NCBI GenBank assembly: GCA_964594835.1
Contig: CAZQNA010000002.1
Coordinates: 128,001-192,000 of the forward strand
Source: an uncultured Nitrososphaerota archaeon
GTDB lineage: Archaea; Korarchaeota; Korarchaeia; Korarchaeales; Korarchaeaceae
Length of the DNA: 64,000 bases
Direction: 5' to 3'
Numbering within the stretch: position 1 is the stretch's first letter; each line of letters begins with the position of its first letter. The notes below the pieces were generated by a model. The model made no database searches. It was not told the origin of the DNA and saw only the letters and a list, made by a program, of their open reading frames with translations. Below, piece by piece: positions 46,726 to 57,424 of this stretch. The translations under genes were made by a program, and so were the position numbers.

Positions 46726-47745
46726 TCACCCGCCCCACGCGCCGGTGAGGTGGCCAGGCCCGACCACCAGTCTCTCCAGCCCGGACGGGAGCGGCCACAT
46801 CCACAGCAGCTCGTAGCTGAGCCTCGGCCCACCGGCCCGCGAGCCGGTCCCGCCCAGCAGGAGGTCTAGAAGCCCCGGGGTCGGCGGCCTGACCCACTCG
46901 GCCGGGGCGTCCTCCGGGAGGACCGCCATCTGCCTAGCCAGGTCGATTGCGTCGTCAAGCGTCCCGAGCCTGTCCACCAGGCCGGCCTCGAGCGCCTGAG
47001 TCCCGGTGTACGGTCTGGCGGTGGTCACCTCCTCCCAGTCCCTGATCTCGTCTCCCCTGACCTCCCTGACCCTCTGCCTGAAGACCTCGGCCGACGAGTC
47101 TATGAGGGACTGCATGAGCGCCTTCTCCTCCTCGGTCATCTCCCTCCAGGGGTTCCCCACGTCCTTCAGCTCGCCGCTCTTGAAGGTCTCCCCCCTCACG
47201 CCGAGCTTCTCCGCCAGGCCGGCGTAGTTGATCAGGATGGAGACCGCCCCGACGGATCCCGTTAGGGCCGAGGGCGAGGCCACTATCTCGTCGGCCGCCA
47301 GCGCCACGTAGTACCCACCCGAAGCGCCGTACTCGGCGATGTACGCCACGACGGGCAGGTCCCTGGAGAGTTCACTCAGGCTCTGGTATATCTCCTCGGA
47401 AGCCGCCGCGCTCCCGCCGGGGCTGTTTATCACAAGGACGACGGCCCTGTAGGAGGGATCTCCCCTGACCCGGTCGACGAGTCCCCTCACGGCCTCGGGG
47501 GTTAGGCCCCCTCCCCCCAGAAGGGAGACGGAGTCCCCGTAGGAGATTACGCCGGAGAGCTCCAGGAGGGCGACCTTTCTCGTCAGGGAAACTCTGGGGG
47601 CGTACCTGGGGAGGACGTAGCCTACAGCGGCGCCTGCGGCTATCACTGAGAGGAGGATCGCGAGTCCCCTCCTGTTCCTCAAGCCCCACCACCCGTGGCC
47701 CTGGTCGCCGTCGGGAGATAAAGCAGGCGCCCGGGATGACACCAT
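46726..47745 (-). CDS. sppA: signal peptide peptidase SppA (S49)
   Basis: INSPGGSAAASEEI, GASGGYY, TGSVG, KSGELKD, GLVDRLG; start uncertain. Confidence 0.92.
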   Translation of the reverse strand: MVSSRAPALSPDGDQGHGWWGLRNRRGLAILLSVIAAGAAVGYVLPRYAPRVSLTRKVALLELSGVISYGDSVSLLGGGGLTPEAVRGLVDRVRGDPSYRAVVLVINSPGGSAAASEEIYQSLSELSRDLPVVAYIAEYGASGGYYVALAADEIVASPSALTGSVGAVSILINYAGLAEKLGVRGETFKSGELKDVGNPWREMTEEEKALMQSLIDSSAEVFRQRVREVRGDEIRDWEEVTTARPYTGTQALEAGLVDRLGTLDDAIDLARQMAVLPEDAPAEWVRPPTPGLLDLLLGGTGSRAGGPRLSYELLWMWPLPSGLERLVVGPGHLTGAWGG

Positions 47746-47874
47746 GCGGCCGGCCACCGCATTCGGCGGGCGGCGAGGAGACCCGGACTTAAACGGGCTC
47801 TGGTCGATGGGGCCAGGGGCCGAGCCCGCACCCCAGCGGGCCCTCGGGGTCGCCGTCCGCGCCGACCTGGGGCA

Positions 47875-48429
47875 ATGAGATCCGTAAATTTCGAGTTAAC
47901 TACTTGTTTATTAAGGACTGAGCTAGACCCCCACACCAGCATCGGGGTGATCTCCATTCCTGTACCGGAATCTGAGGCCGCGCTCCTCCAGATGGAGCGC
48001 AAGAGGGTTCTCCTGAAGAGGCTGGAGGACATCCGGGAGACCACGAGGCGGTATCGAATTTTTGGGGCCGCCCTGGTCGCCGTCGGGATGTTCCTCACTC
48101 TCCTGTCCTGGATCGTGCTGGGCCTCGGGACGACCTACCTCATAGTCGGCGCAATAGGGTCCGCCCTGGTGGGCGCCGGGCTCTACTTCCTCGTCGTCGA
48201 CCCGCGCCTCGGAGAGTGGGTGACCCTCGCCGACGAGGTCGATGAGGCTCTGAGCGCTGGCATGACTCCCTCCGAACTTCGGGCCGCCGTTGAGGAGGCC
48301 ATCGCGAGGCACCCCGACGAGAAGGTCCTCGGGGAGGCGCTGTCGCGGGTCCTGACCACGGCCAGCGACTCGAGCCTTCGTGGGGATCTGGAGGGGGTCC
48401 TGAGGAAGTACCGTGGACAGGAGGTCTGA
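47875..48429 (+). CDS. two-TM membrane protein with helical tail (start likely further downstream)
   Basis: Two adjacent TM helices; ends 3 bp before the giant surface protein gene. Confidence 0.65.
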   Translation: MRSVNFELTTCLLRTELDPHTSIGVISIPVPESEAALLQMERKRVLLKRLEDIRETTRRYRIFGAALVAVGMFLTLLSWIVLGLGTTYLIVGAIGSALVGAGLYFLVVDPRLGEWVTLADEVDEALSAGMTPSELRAAVEEAIARHPDEKVLGEALSRVLTTASDSSLRGDLEGVLRKYRGQEV

Positions 48430-48432
48430 TCC

Positions 48433-51400
48433 TTGCGCTCCAGGCTCAGGGGCCTGGTGGCTCTGGCTCTGATCGCGACACAGCTCTCCCCCATCGCCGC
48501 GGTCCTGTCGCAGGGATCCACCCCCGCGATCGATGTCGAGGCCCTGGCCCCGGACAAGGTGGGGGAATGCCTCCCCGCCAACTTCACCGTGAGACTGGAG
48601 AACTCTGGAGACGGGAACGCCACCAAGGTGGTAGTTCGGGTGACCATCCCAGGCGGAGTCTCCTACGTCTCCGGGACCGGGCGCGTCAACGGGACGCCCG
48701 CTGAACCCACCGTCTCCGGGGCCGACCTGGTCTGGAACGTCTCTGACCTAGGCTTCGATCCGATCGGGCCGGGCGAGAAGCTGGCGGTCGAGTTAAACCT
48801 CTCCGCCGGGTGCTCCTCTTCCGAGAGCGCGGACATAACGGCGACGATCACGTACGAGGACGAGGGCGGGAACTCCTACGTCTCCTCGGACGTGTCCGAT
48901 CCATTCCAGGTCCTGAGGCCGGCCCTCGTGGTGGAGAAGTCGCCCACCACACAGGAGGCCGAGGTCGGGGACGTCGTCCAGTGGACGCTCCGCGTCAAGA
49001 ACACGGGCTTCGTCAGGGCGGTCAACGTCACGCTCGTAGACGAGCTTGGCAGCTCTCTCGGATACCTGGGGGCCACCCCCAGCCCTGACGGCTTCCTCCC
49101 GGATGGGAGGGCTTACTGGACCAACATCTCCCTCGCCGTCGGGGAGACGTTCGAGGTCACCCTGAGGGCGACCGTTGATGGGTGCGAGGGCCTCGTCGAC
49201 AACGCCAGCGCCTACGTCACCTGCTCCGGCCAGTGTCACAGCGACTGGGCCCTGGGCTCCATAGCCCTCAAGCCCAGGACGCCGAGGATCAGGATGGCGG
49301 GTCACTCGGTCTCCCCCTCTCTCGTCACCCCGTGCGCCGAGTCCAAGGTGGAGGTCACGGTGGAGAACGCCGGGGACGGGGAGGCCAGGTCCCTAAACGT
49401 CACGCTCAGGCTCCCGTCCGGGCTAAACTACGTTTCGGGAACCGGGTCACCCCAGCCGGACGTCTCAGGGAACGAGCTGACATTCCACCTCGGCGACCTG
49501 GCCGCTGGGGGGTCTAGGGTAGTGTCGTTCAACGTGACGGCCGACTGCGGGGCCAGCGGGTCGGGAACGGTTGTGTTCTTCCCGCTGTACAAGGATCAGT
49601 GCGATCACGTCTGGAGGCCGAGCGTTGACTCCTTCCAGGTCCCCATGGCCTCCCCCTCCATATCCGTGGAGAAGAACGGGCCCCACGAGGCCCTAAACGC
49701 CACGACGTCCAACTACACTCTGACGGTCACGGTACACGGGTCGGACGCATGCCCCGACCCCCGAATGAAGGTTACAGACCGCCTGCCCGACATCCTGACC
49801 CTGGTCTCCGCGGAGCCCCAGCCCAACTCCACGGCAGGCAGGGTGATCACCTGGGACCTCAGGGCCCAGAACATCACGATCAACCTCACGACCCGGAGGT
49901 CCGACGGCGCGTCCTGCGGGGACTGGGGCGAGAACTCCGTGGACGCCGAGCTCAACTGCTGCGCCAGCTGCTCCCCCTCCTCCTCCGACTCCCACTCGAT
50001 AAGGATCACCTGCTCCAATCAGACGGACTGCTTCATCGTGAGGAGCGAGGCCAACGCCTCCTCGGTCGAGGCGTGCTCCCCGCTCGAGTACACGACCAAC
50101 GTGACGTTCAACGTGGACGGGATAAACTCCACGCTATCCAACATGACCTTCTCCCACTGCGCCGCGGAGACCGGCAACCTGGAGGAGACCTACCTTGGGC
50201 CGACCACGGTGACGCTCCCGAACGGGACGCAGGTCACGCTGGATCCCTACCTCCACACGAGCACGTGCATCTACTGGAACCTGAGCGAGCTGAACTTCGT
50301 AGTAAACTCGGGTGACGTGCTTGAGATATCCTACCCGATGAGGGTGAGGTGCTCGGCCGAGGGCTACATTCACGACAGGATGGGGCTGTCCCTCAACGCC
50401 ACGGCCTCTGACGGGACGAGCCTGGACTGCGAGGGGGAGGAGAGGTGGGCGGTATACGTCGAGGTCAGGAGGCCCCACCTGCAGATCTCGGAGTCTCACC
50501 CGCCCTACACCACCGTGTGCGAACGCGAGGAGAGGAGGGTCAGGGTCTCCGGGGCCACGGCATCCTCCCCCGGCTACAACCTCACCGTGACGAGCGAGGT
50601 TCCATCGGGCCTCGAGTTCCTCGGCCCCTCCGTGGTCGAGTTCGACAACGGCACGGTCGTGACCAACGTGGACCCGATCGTCCAGGGGGACCTCCTCATC
50701 TGGAACTCAACCAACGTGCCCCAGCTCTCAAAGGTCGACACGGGGTTCACGATCTCCTACAACATGACCCCCTGCTGCTCCGTCAGGCCCGGCTACGTCT
50801 ACAGGTCCACGCTCGACTACTCGGACAAGTGCGAGGCCCTTGGAATCTGCGAGCCCCAGTGCACGTGCGTATGGCACGAGACCTACACGAGCGGGGGTCA
50901 GCCCATACTCAGGGCGAACCTGGTGATCTACAAGACGCCCGAGAGGATATACGCCGAGTCCCAGATGGTCGAGTGGAGGATCTGGCTTTACAACTCGGGC
51001 AACGGGACGGCCAACAACGTCACGGTCGTCGACTCCCTCGGGGCCGGGCTGAGGTGCAACGCCAGCACGGCCCCCGCGGGCTGGTCCACCAGGGTCTCGG
51101 CGGACGGGAGGACCGTCACCTTCACGAACGGCACGTTAGGGCCCGGAGACAAGGTAAACTTCACGCTCCGCGCCAAGATGGTAGCCTGCTCTGGCCTGAC
51201 CGACCACGTGAACGCGTCCTGGGGCTGCTGCTCCGAGTCCTGTCAGGTCGTGGAGGACAGCTCCGACGTCGTCGTCCCCGACGGTGAGCTCTACATAACG
51301 GACGACCTAGAGCCCAACCCCGTGAACCTCTGCGAGGGGGCAAACGTCACCGCCGTCGTGAAGAACGTGGGCGCCGTCGACGTCTACAACGTCACCGTGA

Positions 51401-54400
51401 ACTACACCCTCCCGCCCTGCTTCTACTACAACTCCTCCGCCCTGGCGACCGCGTTCAACTCCACCTACTCGGCCCCCATCTCCCCGGCCCAGGTGGATCC
51501 AGAGCTGAGGTGGGTCGTCTGGGACCTCTCCGGCACCCCGTTCTCAACCCTGGACAGGGAGGAGACCGTCAACATCACGTTCGGGGCGGTGGCGAGCTGC
51601 CCCTGCGACGACGGGGGAGGGCACTCCACCATGAGGGTCACCTACGACAAGCCCTGCGCCGAGCAGGCCGCGGAGATAAGGACGTCCGGCTCCACGAACT
51701 ACGAGCTGAGGAAGCCGGACCTCCAGGTGGAGGCCGCCACCAGGGTCTGCGGGGAGAATGGCGATGAGATCGTGTGGGACGTGACCGTGGTCAACAGGGG
51801 AGATACGACCGCCAGAAACGTGGGAGTCACGATAGAGCTCCCCTCCGCCACGTCTTACGTTTCGGCGACCCCGACGCCGGATTCGGTCACCGGGAGGGTG
51901 TTGGAGTGGCGCCCGACCTCCGAGGGAGGCTCGCTCGACGACATACCCCCCAACGGGTCCCAGGCGTTCTCCATAACGGTCAGGGTGGTGGACTGCAAGA
52001 GTAGGGCCTACATCCACGTGAGGGTCAGGGACGGCTGCGAGGGGTGTGTGTACGAGGACGAGTGGTACAACAGCACCTCCTACCTCCACAGCACCCCGTA
52101 CCGCATCAGCGTCCAGATACGAGACGACACGGCGGAGGCGTGTGAGCAGGCCACCTGGAGGTTCAGGCTGAGGAACTCAGACCCGTGCCTGCCCCTCTAC
52201 GTCCCGAGCGGGCGGCTGATCGTCAACGACACCCTCGCCACGGGGGTGCAGGCCGTCACCCCCCTGGAGGACAACACTGTGGTCAGGTTCCACGACAGCT
52301 CGGAGGGCACGGACACCTACCTGCCGGTGTACCCGTACATGGTGGCCCCTCCGCCCGGCGTCACCATGTACGTGTGGGTGGAGGGGCTGCCAGGCGGTGG
52401 GATCCAGTGGTACATCATCAACGACACCTGGAGGCTCGACCCCCGGGACTACTTCGAGGTCAGGTACAACGTCACCTCCCCCGACTGCAGCCTCGTGAGG
52501 GCCGACCACACGATCCAGACCGACGGGGTCGAGGACTCCTGCGGAAAGGACAAGGACAGGACGAGGTCCAGGACGGACACGGTGCTCGTCCCGGTCCTCC
52601 AGGTGACCAAGGAGCCCAAGACCCAGTACGCCGACATCAACCAGACCGTGTCCTGGACGATCAGGGTGACCAACGTGGGGAACGCCACGGCCCCCAACGT
52701 GACCGTCGTGGACCGCCTGAACTCGAGGTTTGAGTACGTCGACGCCACCCCGCCGCCCGACAGGACGGAGGGGATAGCGGGGAGCTACACCGAGCTGACG
52801 TGGACCAACATAACCCTCGGCCCGGGCGAGAACTTCACCTTCGACCTGAGGGCCAAGCTCGTCAAGTGTCCGCCCCCGAACGCCACGGACAACGTCACGG
52901 CCTACTGGGGGTGCGGGCCGGCCTGCTCGGACCCGGTCTCCGCCGAGGCGATCGTGCTGGCCTGCGGCCTCCCGTCTCCCATAGACAAGAACCCGAGGAG
53001 GTTCGAGGTCTGTGGAAACGAGACGATCACGATCACCGTGCACAACAGCGGTGCCACGATGTATGGAATATCCTTCAACGAGACGCTTCCGTTCGGCCTT
53101 GAGCCGATCGACATACTCCCGGATGGCAACGTCAGCGCCAACATCTCGGTGTCCGGGGGGCCCTCATACACCAACGTGCCCAGCAACTTCACCGAGGTGC
53201 AGGCAGGGTCGCACAGGACGATCATCTGGACCCTGGAGGACGTGACCGTCCCAATGGGGGCGGACGTCTACCTGAGGTTCAGGGTGCACGCCAACTGCAG
53301 CCTGACCTCCACGAGGGAGGTCGTGAACTTCACATACTGGGACGCTTGCAACCACAGCTACACGAACGTCACGGTGTTCTCCACGTCGGACCTCAGGCCC
53401 GACCTCTCGAACAGCGAGAAGGTGGTCGTGTCCCCCGCGGGGAGGGTGGACAGGTGGGAGGAGGTCGTTTGGGACCTGATAGTCAGGAACTCGGGGGACG
53501 GGAGCGTCTACTTCCTGAACCTGACCGACTCGCTGGGCGAAGGCCTGGAGTTCCTCGGGGCGAACGTGACCCCCACCTCCGTCTCTGACGGGGTGATAAG
53601 GTGGAACCTCAGCCTCGTCCAGGACCCGCTCGAGCCGGGGGAGAGCATGGCCATTCGCGTGAGGGCCAACGCCACCGGCTGCCCGACCCGGTACACCGAC
53701 ACCGCCTCGTTCAGGTGGAGCTGCGACGGGGTCATATGCGCCGGAAACGAGGTCCAGTCGGAGGTGAGCGTTGACAGGGCCAGGGCCGGGATAGACGTGA
53801 AGAACGGCTTCGACGGGGAGCTGGAGAGGTGCACGGACGAGAGGGTGAACTTCACCGCCAGGAACACCGGGGACGGGACGGCCTACGGGTTCAACTCCTC
53901 GATGCCGGTCAGGCTCACCTACAGGTTCCCGACGTCGGCCTGCGCCTCCTACGTGAGCGGCTCTGCCAACGTCACGCTCCCGAACGGGACCGTCCTCCAC
54001 ATGGACCCCGGCGTCTCGGCCGTAGGCGGGACGGTCGAGCTGCTGTGGGAGCTGACCGGGGTGGAGGTGGAGCTAGGTGAGTCGATACGGGTCGAGTTCC
54101 TCCTTAGCGTCGGCTGCTGCTCCGTGCCCGGCGGCACCTTCGAGGCCAGTGGAAGCTGGTACGGCGCCTGCGGCGAGGTACTCACAGACTCGGACGACGT
54201 CGGTCCCCTGGAGGTCCTCATCCCGGACATAAGCGTCTCCAAGGAGCCGCCCCAGCAGAGGCAGGACTGGGGCGACCTCGCCGAGTGGACGATAGTCGTT
54301 TCGAACAACGGAAACGGGACGGCGAGGGACGTCAACGTCACAGACACCCTCTCTGACATGGAGTACGTCTACGACAACAGGTCCGACGTGAGGGTCAGCT

Positions 54401-57012
54401 CCTCCCCGAACCGGGTGGAGTGGAGGGTCCCGTCCCTCGGCCCGGGCGAGCGCTTCGTCGTCCTGCTCAGGGCCAACGTGACGGGCTGCTGGATCATGGA
54501 GGACAACGTCGAGGCCAGCTGGGGCTGCGGAGGATCCGACTGCGAGAGCGAGACCGACTCGGCCGAGGTGAGGCTCCTCTACCCGAACGTCTCAATATCG
54601 CTCATACCCTACACAGGCCACTGCCCGGTCTCCCCCGAGCCCGGAGACCTGGTGAACTACACCGTCAGGCTGGAGAGCCTGCCCGACACCGGCACCGCGT
54701 ACAACCTGACGTACTGGGTGGACCTGCCCGAGTTCATGGACTACGTCTGGTCAGAGGGCGGGAGCTACGACCCCGTCCTGAACAGGATAACCTGGACGCT
54801 GGACTCCATGGGACCCGGGCAGACCGTGGACAGGAACTTCACCGCCACGGTCAGGGCCCTCACGCCGGACCGCACGAGGGCCGACGTGAACGCCACCCTC
54901 ACGTATCACGACTCATGCGGCAGGACGGCCAACCCGGAGACCGGAGCGGAGTACTTCGACAACGACTCCTGCGGGGTCGTCGTGGTCAGGTCTCCCGTCC
55001 TCGACATCACGAAGGAGTTCATCCCCAACCAGACGACGGAGTGCTCGAAGGTCGTGGTCAACGTGACGTTCTGGAACAGGGGCCTCGGGCACATGTACAA
55101 CGTGTCGATAGTCGACGACCTGCCCGAGGGGCTGAGGTACGTCCCCAACACGACCATAGTGGTCAACGGGTCGACCGGCGAGATCATCTCCACGTCCGAC
55201 CCGACCATCTCTGGAAACAGGCTGACCTGGGACCTGGGTCTGACTCTGAATCCTGGCGAGGGCATCAGGATGAACTTCACAGTCAGGGCGGCCTGCGGGA
55301 CCGGAGGGTGCGTGAACTGGGTCACCGGCTACGGCGAGGATGGGGCAGGAGGCCGCAACTCGAGCACGGCCCACGCTAACCTATCCGTGTCATACGCGGT
55401 GCTCCGACTCAGCAAGAGCATAGGCGCCTCGGTGGTGCCCCAGGGCTCAACCGTCAAGGTGTACCTCATGACCACGAACCGCGGGAACACGACCGCCTGG
55501 AACCTTACCTTCAGGGACGTGCTGCCTGTAGGCATGAGCTACGTCTCCGGCTCCACCAGGATCGGGGGAGCCCCAGCCCCCGACCCGGTCAGGAGGGGGA
55601 GGGAGCTGATCTGGAGGACAACCCACTCGCTCGACCCCGGGGAGCGCCTGACCCTGGAGTTCGAGGCCGAGGTGACCGGCCTGGGGTACATGACGAACAG
55701 GGGTGAGGTGAACTGGACCTGCTCCTGCGGACCGGCCAGGGACTCCGACGTGATACTCGCCGTGCCGCCGCCATCTCCACCGCCGCCGACCCCGCCGCCA
55801 CCGTCCCCACCGCCGCCATCTCCACCGCCGCCATCTCCACCGCCGCCGACCCCGCCGGAGAACAGGACCCAGCCGAGGCCGGTGATCCACATAGAGAAGG
55901 TCGCTGATCCTGACGTGGCCAGGAGGGGCCAGGTGGTCCGCTTCCACATAACGGTCTGCAACCTCGGGAACGCGTCCACCGAGGTGATTCACGTCGTGGA
56001 CCTGCTGCCGGAGGGGCTGCAGCCGATGGGGCAGACTGACTGGACGGTTGGCCCCCTGGATCCGGGAGAGTGCGTCAACCTCACCCTGGACGCCAGAGTC
56101 ACGGTGATCGAGGGCGACCTGATCAACGTCGCCAAGGCCGACGGGTCGAACACCACGACCGTGGTCTACGTCAGGCCCACCTACGTCCCGGCGATAGGGG
56201 TGACCAAGACCTGCCCCGACGAGGTGAGGAGCGGAGAGCAGGCCAGGATAGTCGTGACCGTGGTGAACAGGGGCAACGGAACCTTCACGGGAGAGCTGGT
56301 GGATCTCCTGCCCGAGGGGTGGGTCCTGAGTCCGGAGAGCGTCGAGGTCGAGGGCAGGGCCGAGGTGAGGGTGGAGGCGGGGAGGCTCGTCCTCAACCTG
56401 ACCCTGGATCCCGGAGAGACCGTCAGGATAATCTACACGGTGACCGTGAACGATGAAGGCTGCAACAGGGTCACGGTGGCGGGAGAAGAGGTCGAGTGCT
56501 GCGTGTCGATCGTGCCCGCCACCCTGTCGACGATGCTGCTGATCTTGGCGTTCCTGCCCGTGAGGAGCAGGCCCGTGGTCGTGGACAGGGAGTCACTTAA
56601 GAGGCTGATCCTGTCACTCGGGGAGGAGAGGATCTCAAAGAGGTGGAAGATCCACATATCCAGGAGGACCGCGTCCGCCCTCCTGACGGATCCGGCCGTC
56701 GGGGGGAGCGTCGAGCGCCTGATCTCCACAGGCGTCCTGAAGGTGCAAGACATGACCTCTGAGGCTGAGATGGCGAGGCTCGTGAGGAGGCTGGCCAGGA
56801 GGCTGGGCGTCGACAGGGACGAGGCGGAGTCCCTCGCGCTGGCGATGGCCATGAACGCGAGGGCGCTGATATCCTCCAGCGCGATCCTGAGAGAGGCCGG
56901 CGCAGAGATCTCCCTTGACGTGAGGACTCCAAAGGAGTTCATCGAGGAGATGATCTCCACGGGGACCCTCACAGAGAGAGAGTGGATCCTGGCCCTCAGG
57001 AAGGCCGGGTGA
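48433..57012 (+). CDS. giant Cys-rich DUF11-repeat surface protein with C-terminal TM and PIN-like domain
   Basis: Signal peptide; many K...W/Y.I.V.N.G...A.NV...D.LP.GL.Y repeats; Pro linker; PATLSTMLLILAFLPV; terminal VVVD...DRDEAESLALA domain. Confidence 0.85.
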   Translation: MRSRLRGLVALALIATQLSPIAAVLSQGSTPAIDVEALAPDKVGECLPANFTVRLENSGDGNATKVVVRVTIPGGVSYVSGTGRVNGTPAEPTVSGADLVWNVSDLGFDPIGPGEKLAVELNLSAGCSSSESADITATITYEDEGGNSYVSSDVSDPFQVLRPALVVEKSPTTQEAEVGDVVQWTLRVKNTGFVRAVNVTLVDELGSSLGYLGATPSPDGFLPDGRAYWTNISLAVGETFEVTLRATVDGCEGLVDNASAYVTCSGQCHSDWALGSIALKPRTPRIRMAGHSVSPSLVTPCAESKVEVTVENAGDGEARSLNVTLRLPSGLNYVSGTGSPQPDVSGNELTFHLGDLAAGGSRVVSFNVTADCGASGSGTVVFFPLYKDQCDHVWRPSVDSFQVPMASPSISVEKNGPHEALNATTSNYTLTVTVHGSDACPDPRMKVTDRLPDILTLVSAEPQPNSTAGRVITWDLRAQNITINLTTRRSDGASCGDWGENSVDAELNCCASCSPSSSDSHSIRITCSNQTDCFIVRSEANASSVEACSPLEYTTNVTFNVDGINSTLSNMTFSHCAAETGNLEETYLGPTTVTLPNGTQVTLDPYLHTSTCIYWNLSELNFVVNSGDVLEISYPMRVRCSAEGYIHDRMGLSLNATASDGTSLDCEGEERWAVYVEVRRPHLQISESHPPYTTVCEREERRVRVSGATASSPGYNLTVTSEVPSGLEFLGPSVVEFDNGTVVTNVDPIVQGDLLIWNSTNVPQLSKVDTGFTISYNMTPCCSVRPGYVYRSTLDYSDKCEALGICEPQCTCVWHETYTSGGQPILRANLVIYKTPERIYAESQMVEWRIWLYNSGNGTANNVTVVDSLGAGLRCNASTAPAGWSTRVSADGRTVTFTNGTLGPGDKVNFTLRAKMVACSGLTDHVNASWGCCSESCQVVEDSSDVVVPDGELYITDDLEPNPVNLCEGANVTAVVKNVGAVDVYNVTVNYTLPPCFYYNSSALATAFNSTYSAPISPAQVDPELRWVVWDLSGTPFSTLDREETVNITFGAVASCPCDDGGGHSTMRVTYDKPCAEQAAEIRTSGSTNYELRKPDLQVEAATRVCGENGDEIVWDVTVVNRGDTTARNVGVTIELPSATSYVSATPTPDSVTGRVLEWRPTSEGGSLDDIPPNGSQAFSITVRVVDCKSRAYIHVRVRDGCEGCVYEDEWYNSTSYLHSTPYRISVQIRDDTAEACEQATWRFRLRNSDPCLPLYVPSGRLIVNDTLATGVQAVTPLEDNTVVRFHDSSEGTDTYLPVYPYMVAPPPGVTMYVWVEGLPGGGIQWYIINDTWRLDPRDYFEVRYNVTSPDCSLVRADHTIQTDGVEDSCGKDKDRTRSRTDTVLVPVLQVTKEPKTQYADINQTVSWTIRVTNVGNATAPNVTVVDRLNSRFEYVDATPPPDRTEGIAGSYTELTWTNITLGPGENFTFDLRAKLVKCPPPNATDNVTAYWGCGPACSDPVSAEAIVLACGLPSPIDKNPRRFEVCGNETITITVHNSGATMYGISFNETLPFGLEPIDILPDGNVSANISVSGGPSYTNVPSNFTEVQAGSHRTIIWTLEDVTVPMGADVYLRFRVHANCSLTSTREVVNFTYWDACNHSYTNVTVFSTSDLRPDLSNSEKVVVSPAGRVDRWEEVVWDLIVRNSGDGSVYFLNLTDSLGEGLEFLGANVTPTSVSDGVIRWNLSLVQDPLEPGESMAIRVRANATGCPTRYTDTASFRWSCDGVICAGNEVQSEVSVDRARAGIDVKNGFDGELERCTDERVNFTARNTGDGTAYGFNSSMPVRLTYRFPTSACASYVSGSANVTLPNGTVLHMDPGVSAVGGTVELLWELTGVEVELGESIRVEFLLSVGCCSVPGGTFEASGSWYGACGEVLTDSDDVGPLEVLIPDISVSKEPPQQRQDWGDLAEWTIVVSNNGNGTARDVNVTDTLSDMEYVYDNRSDVRVSSSPNRVEWRVPSLGPGERFVVLLRANVTGCWIMEDNVEASWGCGGSDCESETDSAEVRLLYPNVSISLIPYTGHCPVSPEPGDLVNYTVRLESLPDTGTAYNLTYWVDLPEFMDYVWSEGGSYDPVLNRITWTLDSMGPGQTVDRNFTATVRALTPDRTRADVNATLTYHDSCGRTANPETGAEYFDNDSCGVVVVRSPVLDITKEFIPNQTTECSKVVVNVTFWNRGLGHMYNVSIVDDLPEGLRYVPNTTIVVNGSTGEIISTSDPTISGNRLTWDLGLTLNPGEGIRMNFTVRAACGTGGCVNWVTGYGEDGAGGRNSSTAHANLSVSYAVLRLSKSIGASVVPQGSTVKVYLMTTNRGNTTAWNLTFRDVLPVGMSYVSGSTRIGGAPAPDPVRRGRELIWRTTHSLDPGERLTLEFEAEVTGLGYMTNRGEVNWTCSCGPARDSDVILAVPPPSPPPPTPPPPSPPPPSPPPPSPPPPTPPENRTQPRPVIHIEKVADPDVARRGQVVRFHITVCNLGNASTEVIHVVDLLPEGLQPMGQTDWTVGPLDPGECVNLTLDARVTVIEGDLINVAKADGSNTTTVVYVRPTYVPAIGVTKTCPDEVRSGEQARIVVTVVNRGNGTFTGELVDLLPEGWVLSPESVEVEGRAEVRVEAGRLVLNLTLDPGETVRIIYTVTVNDEGCNRVTVAGEEVECCVSIVPATLSTMLLILAFLPVRSRPVVVDRESLKRLILSLGEERISKRWKIHISRRTASALLTDPAVGGSVERLISTGVLKVQDMTSEAEMARLVRRLARRLGVDRDEAESLALAMAMNARALISSSAILREAGAEISLDVRTPKEFIEEMISTGTLTEREWILALRKAG
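55765..55857 (+). repeat. 15-bp-unit tandem repeat encoding (PPPP[S/T])n
   Basis: ccgccgccatctcca / ccgccgccgaccccg units. Confidence 0.85.
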
Positions 57013-57031
57013 GGGGATCCTCCCCCTTCCC

Positions 57032-57241
57032 CTATTTTTTCCCCCTCAGGACCTCTACGATTATGACCGCCAGGAACGCGAGCGCCGCCCACCTCAGGTT
57101 CCCGGTCAGCCAGTAGACGGCCACGCCGACGGCCCCGGGGATGAGGAGCATCAGCACGGCCTTGAGGATCAGGATAACTATCACGAGCCCGAGCACGACT
57201 ATCAGCATGGACAGCACGTCGTGGAGGATCGACGGGTCCAC
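57032..57241 (-). CDS. small hydrophobic membrane protein (69 aa)
   Basis: 3' part of ORF 57032..57808 from GTG 57241; three hydrophobic segments. Confidence 0.65.
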   Translation of the reverse strand: MDPSILHDVLSMLIVVLGLVIVILILKAVLMLLIPGAVGVAVYWLTGNLRWAALAFLAVIIVEVLRGKK

Positions 57242-57424
57242 GTGGTCCCATGTGGTCCGACTCCAAATTAAAGAACCGCGTCTCGACCCGGCCGCCACGC
57301 GGGCGACGGGGGGGTGGTTTTTATGGACCCAGGTCAACTCCCCCCAGCTGGGCGGGCCCTTCTGGAAGCGCGCCTGAGGTGGAGGATCTGCGTTGCCCGA
57401 AGATGGAGAAGTCAAGATGACCGC

